Part shown: positions 46,895 through 57,624 of the stretch, in pieces
How positions within the stretch are numbered: the first letter of the stretch is position 1
Layout: every line of letters begins with the position of its first letter
Source: Candidatus Latescibacterota bacterium
Lineage (GTDB): Bacteria; Latescibacterota; UBA2968; UBA8231
Length of the DNA stretch: 64,000 bases
Assembly: GCA_965197905.1 (NCBI GenBank)
Contig: CBDAOB010000005.1
Location: 64,001 to 128,000, forward strand
Reading direction: 5' to 3'
Position numbers and translations under genes: made by a program
Notes under the pieces: generated by a model
Database searches by the model: none
Seen by the model: only the letters and a program-made list of their open reading frames with translations
Told to the model about the DNA's origin: nothing

Positions 46895-49800
46895 GTGCAG
46901 ACCTTCTGTGCGGCCGCATTGCTCGCTATCCTGGCGGTGACCCCCGTCACTGGAGAGCTCCTGCTCGTGGAAAACGGGCAACCTCGCTCCACCATCGTGA
47001 TGGGAGCGCATGCCAGCACCAACGAGCGAATCGCGGCGGAGGAGCTGCAGCTCTACCTGCGCAAAATCAGCGGCGCATTGGTCCCGATCGTCACGGACCT
47101 CGAACTGAGCTCGGACAGTGGAGCCAGGGGTCGGTCGACAGGCGGGGCAACACGGCTGCTAATCGGTCGCAACCGCTTCACCGAGCGGATTGGACCGACG
47201 ACCACCGACCTCGGACTGGACGGATACTTGATCCAGACCGAGGGCGACGACTTGATGCTTCTTGGGGATTCCGAGAAAGGTTCCCTCAACGCGGTTTACG
47301 GGTTCCTCGTGGACCACCTGCAGGTGCGCTGGTTCATGCCGGGAGATCTCGGGGAAGACGTGATGCCGAAGCAGACCATCCGCATTCCCCATCTGCGTGA
47401 ACGCCATACGCCCGATTTCTTTGCGGTTCACGGTCTCATCTGGTCCGGGCACACCCGCGGTGCGCCTGACTGGCAGCGACGCAACCGCGCCTCTATCGGG
47501 CCTCCTGACTACTTCTTCGGCCACAGCTTCCACCACATCCTGGTGGAAACCCCCGAGCTGCGGTCCAAACATCCGGATTGGTTTGCCAGAGACGCCAGGG
47601 GAAACAGCAAGAAATCGGGGCAGCTTTGCACTTCCCATCCCGATGTTGTTGCCATCGCCATACGCAAGGCGGCGCTCTTCTTCGATCGCAACCCCGAAGC
47701 TGCCACCTTCGGCGTTTCTCCCGAGGATGGAGGCGGATTCTGCCAGGACTGGCGCTGCCAGGCGCTGGACGAGGAGATCGGGGTCGACAACGGTTTCATA
47801 ACCGACCGCTTCATGTATTTCGCCAACCAGATTGCTCAGGGGTTGCGCGAGCTCGATCCGGTGAAATACTCCAACAAGCGGATCGGGTTCCTGGCGTATC
47901 ACAACTACATCAACCCGCCTGAGAAGATTGTTCCCGATCCGATGGTGACCGTGGTCATGACGCACATGCATTGGTCATACTGCGATGTGCATGCCATGGA
48001 CGATCCCAGATGTCCGAGCAACAAGGGGTTCTCCAGGCGCTTACAACGCTGGCAGGCAGTCTCCGATCACGTCGGCATCTACGATTATTTCGGCCACAAC
48101 GAATTCTACGTGCCGTGGCCGTTGTGGAATACGACCATCCCCCAGCATCTGGCCTACTTCAAGGAACAGGGGATCGAGGCGTTCATTGCCGAGTCGCAGC
48201 AGAACTGGGCAAACCAGGGCATGAATTTCTACGCTGCCGCCAAGCTGGCGTGGGATACCGACCGGGACATGGAGGCTCTGTGGGAAGATTTCTACATTCG
48301 CTTCTACGGACCCGCGGCTGAACCGATGCAGCATTACTGGCAGGGGTGGGAAGCGGACATGCAGGGTTCCGGCCAGCATGTCTGGGACTGGATCCTCGAC
48401 GCCAACAAGGTCCCGCTGATCGATACCAGCCGCCGTCACCTGGATTCAGCCTGGGAAGCAGTGGAGGCGGCGGAAAGCGACGGCACCAGACTGGACAAGG
48501 TGCGCGGCCGGCTGCAGTTGGCGGAAGAGGGGTTCAAACACACCGACATGTGGTACGAGATGCGGCGCCGATGGACGGCCAACGATATCGGTAAAGGCGT
48601 CTCGCTCGCCAACAGCATGATCGATCACATAAAATCGACCCGAGGCATGGAGCCTCAGGTCTTTATCGAAGGGCTGGCGCTTCAGCACATCGAAGAGCAA
48701 CGTCGGGCAATGGGTGGCAGGCCGAGACCGGCGCCGGAAGGCCCCACTTTTCCCCAGCCGCCCGCATGGGACGGCCGTTTTGCGTTACCCGAAGTCTCAG
48801 GAACCTTCCGACCGCTCCGCCTGCAGACGTCGAGTGTCAATTGGGGAGGGGGACAGGTGGAGATCCCGTTCGTCTTGAACCAGCGAGCTCGCGTATGGCT
48901 CGCCGTCTACGAAAAGGGAAGCATCGACACCGGGGAGCGCGGGCTGCGTGGGGCGTGGCTACGTTTGGAGCCGCAGGACAAATTCGTGCTTGTATCGTCC
49001 GGACAGATCTACGGGACCGGCGTGCATGCCGTGTCCTGGGACGGAACGGACTTTGAAGGAAGGCTGGTCCCGGCAGGCGCGTACGCATTCGACCTGATCG
49101 CCGTCAACAATCTGGATCAGCCTGTTCTAGCAGGTCCCAGCGCCCGCACGGGCTGGGGCTCCAACCTCATCGACACGCGCTTCGAACCGCCGGAGATTTG
49201 GATCCAGGAGTACGAGCGAGAGTACCCTGCCAACCGGCACAAAGCGGGGGACGTGATTCGCGGTACCCTGGGTGTCGATTATCTTGCCCATTCATTGGCT
49301 TGGGAACGGTGGTCGTACAACGGCGTGCTGGATTTCGGAGGGGCGCGGACCCACAGCGGTCTGCGCGTCGACGATCTCGACCCGGGAATCTTCTGGACCA
49401 CCCATTACAAAGGGGAAGAGGGCGGTTTGTACAAGATGCGCATCGACCGCGAAGAAAAGAGTTGGAATCGGGACCCTTCCTTCGGCATCAATGGTTTTGC
49501 CGCCAACTTCGAGGATCGGCTGATGGCGGTGGAGCCCTGGGGTCCGGTGGTTTACGGCGCCCATTGGAGTCAGGGGTATCCTCCACTGAGCACCATCGAA
49601 TCATGGGACAAGACCAGTGGTGAGATCGTGCAGGAGTTCGACGTCAACGATGTCTACGGCAATCGTGGACCCGGGCAGATCGGTGTCAACCGGCAGGGGA
49701 TCTGGATGGCCAGCCATTCCAGCCCCAACGTCGCATTTGTCACGCACGAGGGGGCGCTTGCGTGGGTGAACAGAAACGGCGACGAGATCGGTGACTTCGT

Positions 49801-50503
49801 TTCAAATGAGGATGCCAAACTGGGATCGCGAGCGTTACACATTGCGCCTGCGGCCGGCAGCAACATCAAGATTCAGGCGGACGCCCATGGGCGTGCGGTA
49901 TTCCTGACCACCTCGGGAAACAACCGAGGAGCACATTTTTCGGTTCTGGGTCGTGACGGCGCGGGCTTGTTCGAGGTGGAGCTCCCCGGACGGCTGGGCC
50001 CCTTTCGCCCGGATGTCACCTGGCATCTGCGCATCGTCGACGAAGAGGGAGGTCGGTATGACGGCATCTACTACGGCAGCCGTTTTGGACTACAAAGCCG
50101 CAGCTGGGAATACCCAGAGGACCAGAAGTTCGGTCCGGGCATGCTGATGTACATTCCGTTCGATCTGGCTTCGGGAGAGTTGGGGCCACACGTCACTGCG
50201 GTGGAGACGCGTGCGGCTGTACCTGGTAAATATGCGCTTGAGCCGGCCTATCCCAACCCGTTCAATCCGGAAACTATGATTCGCTTCCAGGTTCCGGATA
50301 GGACCACCGTCGAGATTGCGATCTATAACATCGCGGGGCAGAAGCTGCGCACACTTGCAAGCGGAAAATTCGAAGCGGGCTTGCACCGGTTGACTTGGGA
50401 CGGCCACGACCGCATAGGGCGGGCAATGGCCAGCGGAGTCTACTTCTACCGCATGAAAACCGGAAGTTTCCTCGCTACCCGTTCGCTTACGCTGTTGAAG
50501 TAG
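46895..50503 (+). CDS. Secreted multidomain protein: GH20/GH67-N-like + DUF4838 + internal FlgD-like Ig + beta-propeller + FlgD-Ig-type C-terminal domain
   Basis: Signal peptide; AAEELQLYLRKISGA; LQVRWFMPG; QLCTSHPDV; FLAYHNY; WDGTDFEG; AYPNPFNPET..SGVYFYRM; start uncertain. Confidence 0.8.
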   Translation: MQTFCAAALLAILAVTPVTGELLLVENGQPRSTIVMGAHASTNERIAAEELQLYLRKISGALVPIVTDLELSSDSGARGRSTGGATRLLIGRNRFTERIGPTTTDLGLDGYLIQTEGDDLMLLGDSEKGSLNAVYGFLVDHLQVRWFMPGDLGEDVMPKQTIRIPHLRERHTPDFFAVHGLIWSGHTRGAPDWQRRNRASIGPPDYFFGHSFHHILVETPELRSKHPDWFARDARGNSKKSGQLCTSHPDVVAIAIRKAALFFDRNPEAATFGVSPEDGGGFCQDWRCQALDEEIGVDNGFITDRFMYFANQIAQGLRELDPVKYSNKRIGFLAYHNYINPPEKIVPDPMVTVVMTHMHWSYCDVHAMDDPRCPSNKGFSRRLQRWQAVSDHVGIYDYFGHNEFYVPWPLWNTTIPQHLAYFKEQGIEAFIAESQQNWANQGMNFYAAAKLAWDTDRDMEALWEDFYIRFYGPAAEPMQHYWQGWEADMQGSGQHVWDWILDANKVPLIDTSRRHLDSAWEAVEAAESDGTRLDKVRGRLQLAEEGFKHTDMWYEMRRRWTANDIGKGVSLANSMIDHIKSTRGMEPQVFIEGLALQHIEEQRRAMGGRPRPAPEGPTFPQPPAWDGRFALPEVSGTFRPLRLQTSSVNWGGGQVEIPFVLNQRARVWLAVYEKGSIDTGERGLRGAWLRLEPQDKFVLVSSGQIYGTGVHAVSWDGTDFEGRLVPAGAYAFDLIAVNNLDQPVLAGPSARTGWGSNLIDTRFEPPEIWIQEYEREYPANRHKAGDVIRGTLGVDYLAHSLAWERWSYNGVLDFGGARTHSGLRVDDLDPGIFWTTHYKGEEGGLYKMRIDREEKSWNRDPSFGINGFAANFEDRLMAVEPWGPVVYGAHWSQGYPPLSTIESWDKTSGEIVQEFDVNDVYGNRGPGQIGVNRQGIWMASHSSPNVAFVTHEGALAWVNRNGDEIGDFVSNEDAKLGSRALHIAPAAGSNIKIQADAHGRAVFLTTSGNNRGAHFSVLGRDGAGLFEVELPGRLGPFRPDVTWHLRIVDEEGGRYDGIYYGSRFGLQSRSWEYPEDQKFGPGMLMYIPFDLASGELGPHVTAVETRAAVPGKYALEPAYPNPFNPETMIRFQVPDRTTVEIAIYNIAGQKLRTLASGKFEAGLHRLTWDGHDRIGRAMASGVYFYRMKTGSFLATRSLTLLK

Positions 50504-52975
50504 GTGGACAATCGAAAATCCTTAATGTTTGATCCTGCGCGTCTGTTTTCGTCAGGCCTGCCCAGCCGCGAGTGGTGTCAGTTCCCCGCAGAGGGATTTT
50601 CGCAGCCGGCGTGTGGCGCGATCTTCCGCGCCGAGAAGTCTCCGTGTTGTGGGGTGCCGTTAGGTGGCATCAGCACAGGATGTGTCGACGTGGATCCACG
50701 CGGGGTGTGGGGATTCAGCAGCATCTTCAATCCCAGTTCGGATGAAATGGGTGGGTGGGACCGCCGCGGTCCCCGCAAGCTGCCCACCTTGGAGCCGATT
50801 CTCGGTCTGGCGTCGGGCGGTAAGACCTGGGTAATGGCCACCGAGGAGATGATCGCAGGGGGCGAGATGCCCTGGTGCACCGACCTGCTGGCCGCCGAGA
50901 TGCACGGCAAGGAGATACCTCAACATTTCGTTACACCGGTAGATCTTGAGGGCGTTGAGGCAGCCCGGGATATCGACTACTGGGGCCACTATCCGGTAGC
51001 CGATATGGAGTTCGATACGTCCGCTCCCGTGTCTGTAGGCATGCGGTCATGGGCGCCTCTGATTCCCGGGAACGCTGCCGCTTCCAACATTCCTGCCGCC
51101 GTATTCGAGGTACACCTGCGGGCCGATGAACACGCCTGTAGCGGAACCCTGGCATTCAACTTCCCCGGTCCCGACCGTGAGGAAGCGCGGTCGACGGAAT
51201 TCACGCGCAGCGTTATGCAAGAGGACCTAACTGGTCTCATCGTTTCGTCCGCGGCCGGCGTCAACTACGTGCTCGGCGTCATCGGCAGCGAAGAGGTTCG
51301 CTTTGGCGCCGGTCTGGGCGGCGACGCCGCAGCGTGGAAGTCGTTCGCTGTCTCCCTGCCACAACCGGCCAACCGCGAAGTGACCGGTGCACGGATCTAC
51401 GAAGATGCCAGCTGCACGGCTGCCGTCAGCTTCGATCTCAAACCTGGCGAGGAAAAGGTGGTGCGATTTGTCCTCGCCTGGTACGCCCCGGTGGTGGAGG
51501 GCGCCAGAAAAACGTGGGACGGCATCGACCGGGTCGAGGATGATTTCTTGCGCCAGCGCTGGATGGCGGAATCGTGGGCGGGTGACACTAACTACTACTA
51601 CCAGATCTACGCCACGCGCTACGGCAGCGCCGTCGACGTTGCTCGCCGGGTAAGCGCCGAGCACAGCAGTCTGCTGCAACGGGTACTTGCGTGGCAGGAG
51701 GTTATCTACGCCGAGGGCAACTACCCCGTGTGGCTGCGCGATTCGCTGGTCAACAACCTGGCGCTGATCGCCGAAGACAGTCACTGGTTCCAACCGCGTC
51801 CGCCGTTGGGTGACTGGTCCCATCCTTTCGGCGCCTTCGCACTCAATGAGAGCCCGCGGGGATGTCCCCACATGTCGTGCAACCCGTGCGACTGGTACGG
51901 CAACCATCCCATCGTCTTCTTTTATCCGGACCTGTCGGCATCCACCCTGCGGCTTTTCAAGCAGTATCAACTGGAAAACGGCGAGATACCGTTTGCCATC
52001 GGCAAGATCGGGGATCTGCCCGACATGGCCACGCCGGAGTATTACTGGCAGGTCTCTCTCAACGGAACCTGTTACGTGGACATGGTGGACCGCCAATGGC
52101 AGCGAACCGGAGATGACGAGTTTCTAGCCGAATTTTACGAGTCAGTGAAGGCGTGCAACAGCTTCACCATGAACCTCAACAAGAATCACGGCGGCGTGAT
52201 CAGCATGCCGGAGATAGGCGGCATGGAATGGTTCGAGGCCGGCGAATGGGTCGGCATGGTTGCCCACATCGGCGTCATGCGGCTATCGCAGTTGAAGATC
52301 ATGCTGCGCATGGCCCGAGCCATGGGGGACGATCAGTACTCTACGAAATGCGCGCAGTGGCTCGAAGATGGAACACGGGCGATGGAAGATGAGCTGTGGA
52401 CCGGAAGCTATTACCTGAATTTTCTGGTGCCGGACAGCGAAAAAAAGTCGGACGACATCATGGCCTACCAGCTCGATGGGGAGTGGGCCAACTTCTACCA
52501 CGGGGTCGGTGGCGCACTAGAGCCCGACCGCGTCAAAACCACGCTGGAGACCATCAAGCGCTGCAACATCGCGCTGACACCTGAGATCGGCGCCGCCAAC
52601 TTTTCGCGTCCCGACGGCAGCGCACTCGCCGCAGATACCAAGGTGGCCGAGTATGGCGTCTATGCGATGTTCCCGCCCGAGGTAGTTCTCCTTGGAATGA
52701 ACTACATCTACGCTGGCGATCTCGAATTCGGCCTCGATCTGATTCGCCGCCACTGGGAAAATTTGGTGTTGCGGCAGGGGCACGGGTGGGACCTGCCCAA
52801 CATCGTGCACGGGGATTCAGGGAAGCGGGCGTTCGGCACAGATTACTATCAGAATATGATTCTGTGGGCGTTGCCTGCAGCGATGGAGAATCAGGATTTA
52901 CGAGGATACACAGCCAAAGGGGGTTTGATCGATCGGGTGTGGGAGGCGGGAAATCCGGAGAGTACGGCCCGCTAA
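50504..52975 (+). CDS. GH116 non-lysosomal glucosylceramidase/beta-glucosidase family
   Basis: GVPLGGISTG, GHYPVA, ASNIPAAVF, LWTGSYY, MAYQLDGEW; starts directly after the upstream TAG. Confidence 0.85.
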   Translation: MDNRKSLMFDPARLFSSGLPSREWCQFPAEGFSQPACGAIFRAEKSPCCGVPLGGISTGCVDVDPRGVWGFSSIFNPSSDEMGGWDRRGPRKLPTLEPILGLASGGKTWVMATEEMIAGGEMPWCTDLLAAEMHGKEIPQHFVTPVDLEGVEAARDIDYWGHYPVADMEFDTSAPVSVGMRSWAPLIPGNAAASNIPAAVFEVHLRADEHACSGTLAFNFPGPDREEARSTEFTRSVMQEDLTGLIVSSAAGVNYVLGVIGSEEVRFGAGLGGDAAAWKSFAVSLPQPANREVTGARIYEDASCTAAVSFDLKPGEEKVVRFVLAWYAPVVEGARKTWDGIDRVEDDFLRQRWMAESWAGDTNYYYQIYATRYGSAVDVARRVSAEHSSLLQRVLAWQEVIYAEGNYPVWLRDSLVNNLALIAEDSHWFQPRPPLGDWSHPFGAFALNESPRGCPHMSCNPCDWYGNHPIVFFYPDLSASTLRLFKQYQLENGEIPFAIGKIGDLPDMATPEYYWQVSLNGTCYVDMVDRQWQRTGDDEFLAEFYESVKACNSFTMNLNKNHGGVISMPEIGGMEWFEAGEWVGMVAHIGVMRLSQLKIMLRMARAMGDDQYSTKCAQWLEDGTRAMEDELWTGSYYLNFLVPDSEKKSDDIMAYQLDGEWANFYHGVGGALEPDRVKTTLETIKRCNIALTPEIGAANFSRPDGSALAADTKVAEYGVYAMFPPEVVLLGMNYIYAGDLEFGLDLIRRHWENLVLRQGHGWDLPNIVHGDSGKRAFGTDYYQNMILWALPAAMENQDLRGYTAKGGLIDRVWEAGNPESTAR

Positions 52976-53159
52976 GCAGGGAGCACATACCCTTGCGGAA
53001 CGCGCGTTGGGAACCAATCTTTCTGGCGGTGCGGACCCGCGGGGGCACTACTCCGCGCCCCGATTGTCGCTCAATAAACGAGGCCATGCCCGTGATCGCA
53101 GAATCGCAACCGCAATCGATTCCCTGGTACCGAATGCCGGCACATCGAAGACGCGAGTC

Positions 53160-56100
53160 GTGAGACGAGCATCCTTCCTTTTCCTACTGCTCGTGCTCAC
53201 ATCTTGCAGTGCGGCAGCAGGGCAAGAAACCCCACAGCGCCTGGTGTTGCGTGAGGTGGAGCCGTCGTCCCCCTTCCTGCAGCGCCAACTTCCAGCCTAC
53301 CGCAACTACGCCTACACCAACTTCACAAACTATCCGAACCACAGCACGCCTTACACCGACCAACCGCGGACTTTCTACAATTCCCTTGGCAGTCACCTCA
53401 TCACCGGATACGAGATCTACAACTGGCGCGAGACACGGATGCCTGGACAGTAGTACGGCAGCGTCATGTTCAAACACATGAACACCTTTCGCCCGGTCTT
53501 TGACCAGGTGATGGTGGGCAGCGACGGCTATGGCCAATGGGGCTACAGCGCCATCCTTGGGGATGGCGTGATGGCCTACTTCACGCCGATGACCCTGGCC
53601 AAGGTCAATCTCAACGGCCTGCGGGTCGATTATTCCAGACCCAATCTCAAGATTACAACGGTGGCGTCTCGCCTGGAGCGTCAGGCTACCACGCGGACCT
53701 CATCCGGAGCCGCCTGGATCGTCGACGGAAGCTTTTTTGGCGATGACAACATCATGCTGCTCGGAAGCCGGGCCGAGGCGCAGATTGGAGCCCTGCGGTT
53801 GGGTTTGAACGGTGTCAATATGCACCTCTACCAGAGCACGCAGCCGGGCAACGGCCTCAAAGGTAGAGTACGGCCCAACCAACCGCTGATCGACCTGATC
53901 CTGCTGCGCATTGCCGACGATTCGCCCTCTGACGGCCGCGGGGGCCCGGTGGTCCAGGAGATGCAGCTCATCGTCAATGGCCAGGCGCGGCCGGAAATCC
54001 GACCGCAGGTACTGCGGCATCGGTCGGGCATCTCCACCCAGGTCGGGAGGATCTCCCAGTCGACCGGCGAATTCCGCCCGGTTCCGTACAACCGACCCAG
54101 GGCGATTTCCGGTGTCGCCGGTTCCGCCTTTTACCGGGACCGGGAGATGCCCCTCTTCGCCGACTATATCTACCGTTTTTCCCACGAGAGCGGCATAGAC
54201 GTGACTGAGGATACTAACCTGGCGGGGCTGCTGGCGAGTTTCGTGGTTGAATCTCCGGATGCAATCTTGAGCGCCGACGGGGAGGAGGTACTGATCTACC
54301 TGTTCGATGTCTCGCAGGAACCCGAGGTCCGATCCCTCGCGGTCGAAACTCTCATGGGCAATGACTACCACGTGGTGGTAGCAACCCTGTGGGAAGACAA
54401 CGCCCGCGCCCGCAACGTGCAAACGCAGTATAAGACCACCTATTACCGCACCGCGCTGCGCGCCAAAGGCAACATCCAGGATGTGTCGAATCTCAGGAGG
54501 GTGCGCTTCAAAATTGGCGAGGATACCGCGCTGTTCGTCTACGGTGTGGATGCCGCGTTCAACCTGGCAGGTCTGGAAATCAACGGCGAGTACGCGCGCT
54601 CGTCGCTGTACTCCCGTTACCCCGCCCATGTGCAGGGAGAGCGTCGATTCGACGAGGCGCCACGCTTCGCGACGCGCGATGCCGCCTACAACCTGCGGAT
54701 CCTGCGCTGGTTCGGTCGCGGTCGGGTGGGGGCGGAATACTTCTCCATGAATCCGAACTACACCACCGAGATACGCAGCTATCTGATGCGTCAGGCCGTC
54801 TACGACCAGGGGGACCTGGCGGGACTCACGAATCAAACGGTCTACTGGCGGCTAGTGCAGGACAACGATGATCGCGACCGCTTCGTCGATGCGCCTCTGG
54901 GGCACAACATCGCCGCCGGCCGCGATCAGGAGCACGTCGACCCTAATGGAACCTTCCCAGGCCACGACGAGGACAACGACGGCATCCCGGATACGAATCG
55001 CAACTTCAACAATCTGCCCGACTTCGAAGAGCCGTTCCTGATGTACTACGTAGAACCGAACAAATATGTCTACGGTCTCGATCGGAACAACAACAACGAA
55101 GTGGATCTGCGCGAGGACGATTGGGAGATAGACCTTCCATATGATCTGGATCAACGCGGTGTTCACTTCTTTGGCCACCTAGAGCTGACCCGGTTCTGGT
55201 CGATGGGTGTAGGTCGCCACGAGGTCGAAGAAGTGGCCGGTTCCGGGCGCAACAAATCCACCTACGCGTTGTTGAACTACCAGCGCGAGGGCGTTGCGCG
55301 GGTGCGGCGGATCTTCTTCGAGAATCATCTCCGCAGGGTCAAAGACGATATCCCCGATCCGTTCAACGAGTTGTCGGAAAGACCCCGCGTAGCATCCGTG
55401 GGAGCCGGAGACGGCTCCTTGGAGATCAGCAGTATCGGTTTTTTCAATCAGACGCGCGAGGATCCCCGGTTCTACCGGAACAGCTACGTCAACGAGACCT
55501 ACCTTGAAGGTGTGTTGAATCCCTGGTCCACCCTTTATCTGGCACAGAAGCTGCGGCTGCGCTTCAACTGGCAACAGGGGGGCACGTTGACAGGTGGGGA
55601 GGAACAGCGCGAGCATCGTTTGGATTTGCAGACAGTGGTCAGCCGCGCGGACTACACCTGGAACTGGGGCAAATTCAGTGTGAAGCCGCAGTTCAAGTTC
55701 ATGCTCTTTCGCCTGGTGGATCAGGATGCCGACCGCCAGGCCGACGGGACCTACGAGAGCCGTGCGCTCACGTCGGAACTTAGTGCGATTCCGATATTAC
55801 GTCTTGAGTATCCCGTAATGAGCCGAACGTTGATGCAAGTGGGATTCCAGGGGATCGGACCTTTGCCCTATCGCTTCAAAGACAAGGTGCGAGAACGTCA
55901 GAGTTTCGAGCGCCGCACCGCATTCGTCAACCTAATCAACCGCTCGTCCTACTTTGGCTACGATCTGTATACCATAGTCGGCTTCACCCGCGACCAGAAG
56001 GAGTTCGACGATGTTTTCCAACGGAACAGTACCGACCTGGGCGGCATACAGTCCGACCGTTATGGTCTGCTGCCCATACAGGTTCCCCGCCTAACCGGCG

Positions 56101-56168
56101 AGTTTAATGCCTGGTCCGTTTTCGCGCGGGCGCTGATCGGCTTCACCGACTTCGGACGCGCGCTCTAG
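53160..56168 (+). pseudogene. Large exported/outer-membrane hypothetical protein interrupted by one in-frame TAG (53451-53453)
   Basis: Signal peptide VRRASFLFLLLVLTSCSAAAG; ORF 53466-56168 is in the same frame 12 nt after the TAG; Ca-binding-like DxDxDG motifs; beta-strand-rich C-terminus. Confidence 0.7.
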
Positions 56169-56372
56169 CGAAAATAGGGAGAGGATCCTCGAAGATTCTT
56201 GTGGCTAAGCTAGGGAACGTTAATACAACCAACATCTGTGCTCTGCCGCTGCGGGATACCACCCTCAATCACCGTACCCGGGACATTAGAACGCGGATGC
56301 GCGGTGATGAGGTGGTTGCGATGGACAATTTTGGGGCAGATCTGACTTTCTTCGACCCCTATGAGGGATAGC

Positions 56373-57044
56373 ATGGAACGTATCTTCCCGAACCTGTACC
56401 GGTTCACCGATTTCCGGTCTAGAAGCCGAAGCTATAGTTACCTGCTTGTTCGGAAAGAGGGTAACTTGCTGCTGCCCGGCTTCTTCACCTCGTTGTGCGA
56501 CCACTTCAAGGATATCGACAAAATGGGCGGCATCGACCTGCAGTTCATCACTCACTATCACGATCTGAACCCGGAGTTCCACGAGAAGGCGCACGATCAC
56601 TTCGGCTGCAAGCTGTGTTATCACAAGGCGGCGGGGGCGACGGTTCGAAAGCAGACCAAATGCCCGGCAGAGGAGTTCAGCAACGATGGACTGCAATTGG
56701 GCTCGGACTTCGAGGCCGTGTACTTTCCAGGTCACACGCCCGGCCATAGTGTCCACCGTTGGCGTCACAGACGTAAGCAGTTCGTGTTCTCGGGACACGT
56801 CATGAAGCTGGTCGACGGCGTTTGGGAGTTGTTCTTCAATCCCACCAAGGCAGACAAGGGCACGCGGTTCGATGATTTCGCCGAAGCGGACCACCTTCTG
56901 CCGACCTCATCACCCTACGGCACTGAGGAATTCCATACCTTCAATGGGCATACCAGGACCTCGTTCAACGAGGCAGTGAAACAGGCCTTGGAGGTCCCCA
57001 GTCCCGTGACTCGTCGCGTGCAGTTCAGGTGGACGAAGAGTTAG
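56373..57044 (+). CDS. MBL-fold protein
   Basis: SYLLVRKEGNLL, ITHYHD, FPGHTPGHS. Confidence 0.75.
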   Translation: MERIFPNLYRFTDFRSRSRSYSYLLVRKEGNLLLPGFFTSLCDHFKDIDKMGGIDLQFITHYHDLNPEFHEKAHDHFGCKLCYHKAAGATVRKQTKCPAEEFSNDGLQLGSDFEAVYFPGHTPGHSVHRWRHRRKQFVFSGHVMKLVDGVWELFFNPTKADKGTRFDDFAEADHLLPTSSPYGTEEFHTFNGHTRTSFNEAVKQALEVPSPVTRRVQFRWTKS

Positions 57045-57173
57045 GCGGTAAGTCATTGAAGCGGATGTTCACGAGCATGGCGACAGCGCCAAGTGTTGCA
57101 GGACGCTTCGCTGCCCCTGATTCCGCATTTTAAGCTGTTTGAATCTTTTAAACACTCTCCAAAGGAGCAAGGG

Positions 57174-57545
57174 ATGGAACTCGGCACGTTCTCGATCAGC
57201 CTGGCTGTCAAGGATCTTCAGGCCTCGAAAACCTTTTATGAGAAGTTTGGTTTCACGGTTTTCGCCGGAGAGGCCTCCCAAAACTGGCTGATCATGAAGA
57301 ACGGCGAACACGCTATCGGTCTCTTTCAGGGCATGTTCGAGAAGAACACCATGACCTTCAATCCGGGTTGGGACAGCAACGCAGGCTTGCTCGACAGCTT
57401 TACCGACGTGCGCGAGCTTCAGCGCCAACTGAAGGCGGAAGGCGTGCAACTAATATCCGAGGCCGATGAGGCCACCGCGGGACCTGCCAGTTTCATTGCC
57501 GTCGACCCGGACGGGAATCCTATCCTCGTTGACCAGCATGTGTGA
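57174..57545 (+). CDS. VOC/glyoxalase family protein
   Basis: [41 protein letters not shown]. Confidence 0.92.
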   Translation: MELGTFSISLAVKDLQASKTFYEKFGFTVFAGEASQNWLIMKNGEHAIGLFQGMFEKNTMTFNPGWDSNAGLLDSFTDVRELQRQLKAEGVQLISEADEATAGPASFIAVDPDGNPILVDQHV

Positions 57546-57624
57546 TTGTGGATGTTCCGGCTTGGCATTGGCCAAGCTGAGGTCAAGAGCCGGGGAATAA
57601 GCTAGCAAATGCTGGAAACAAACC

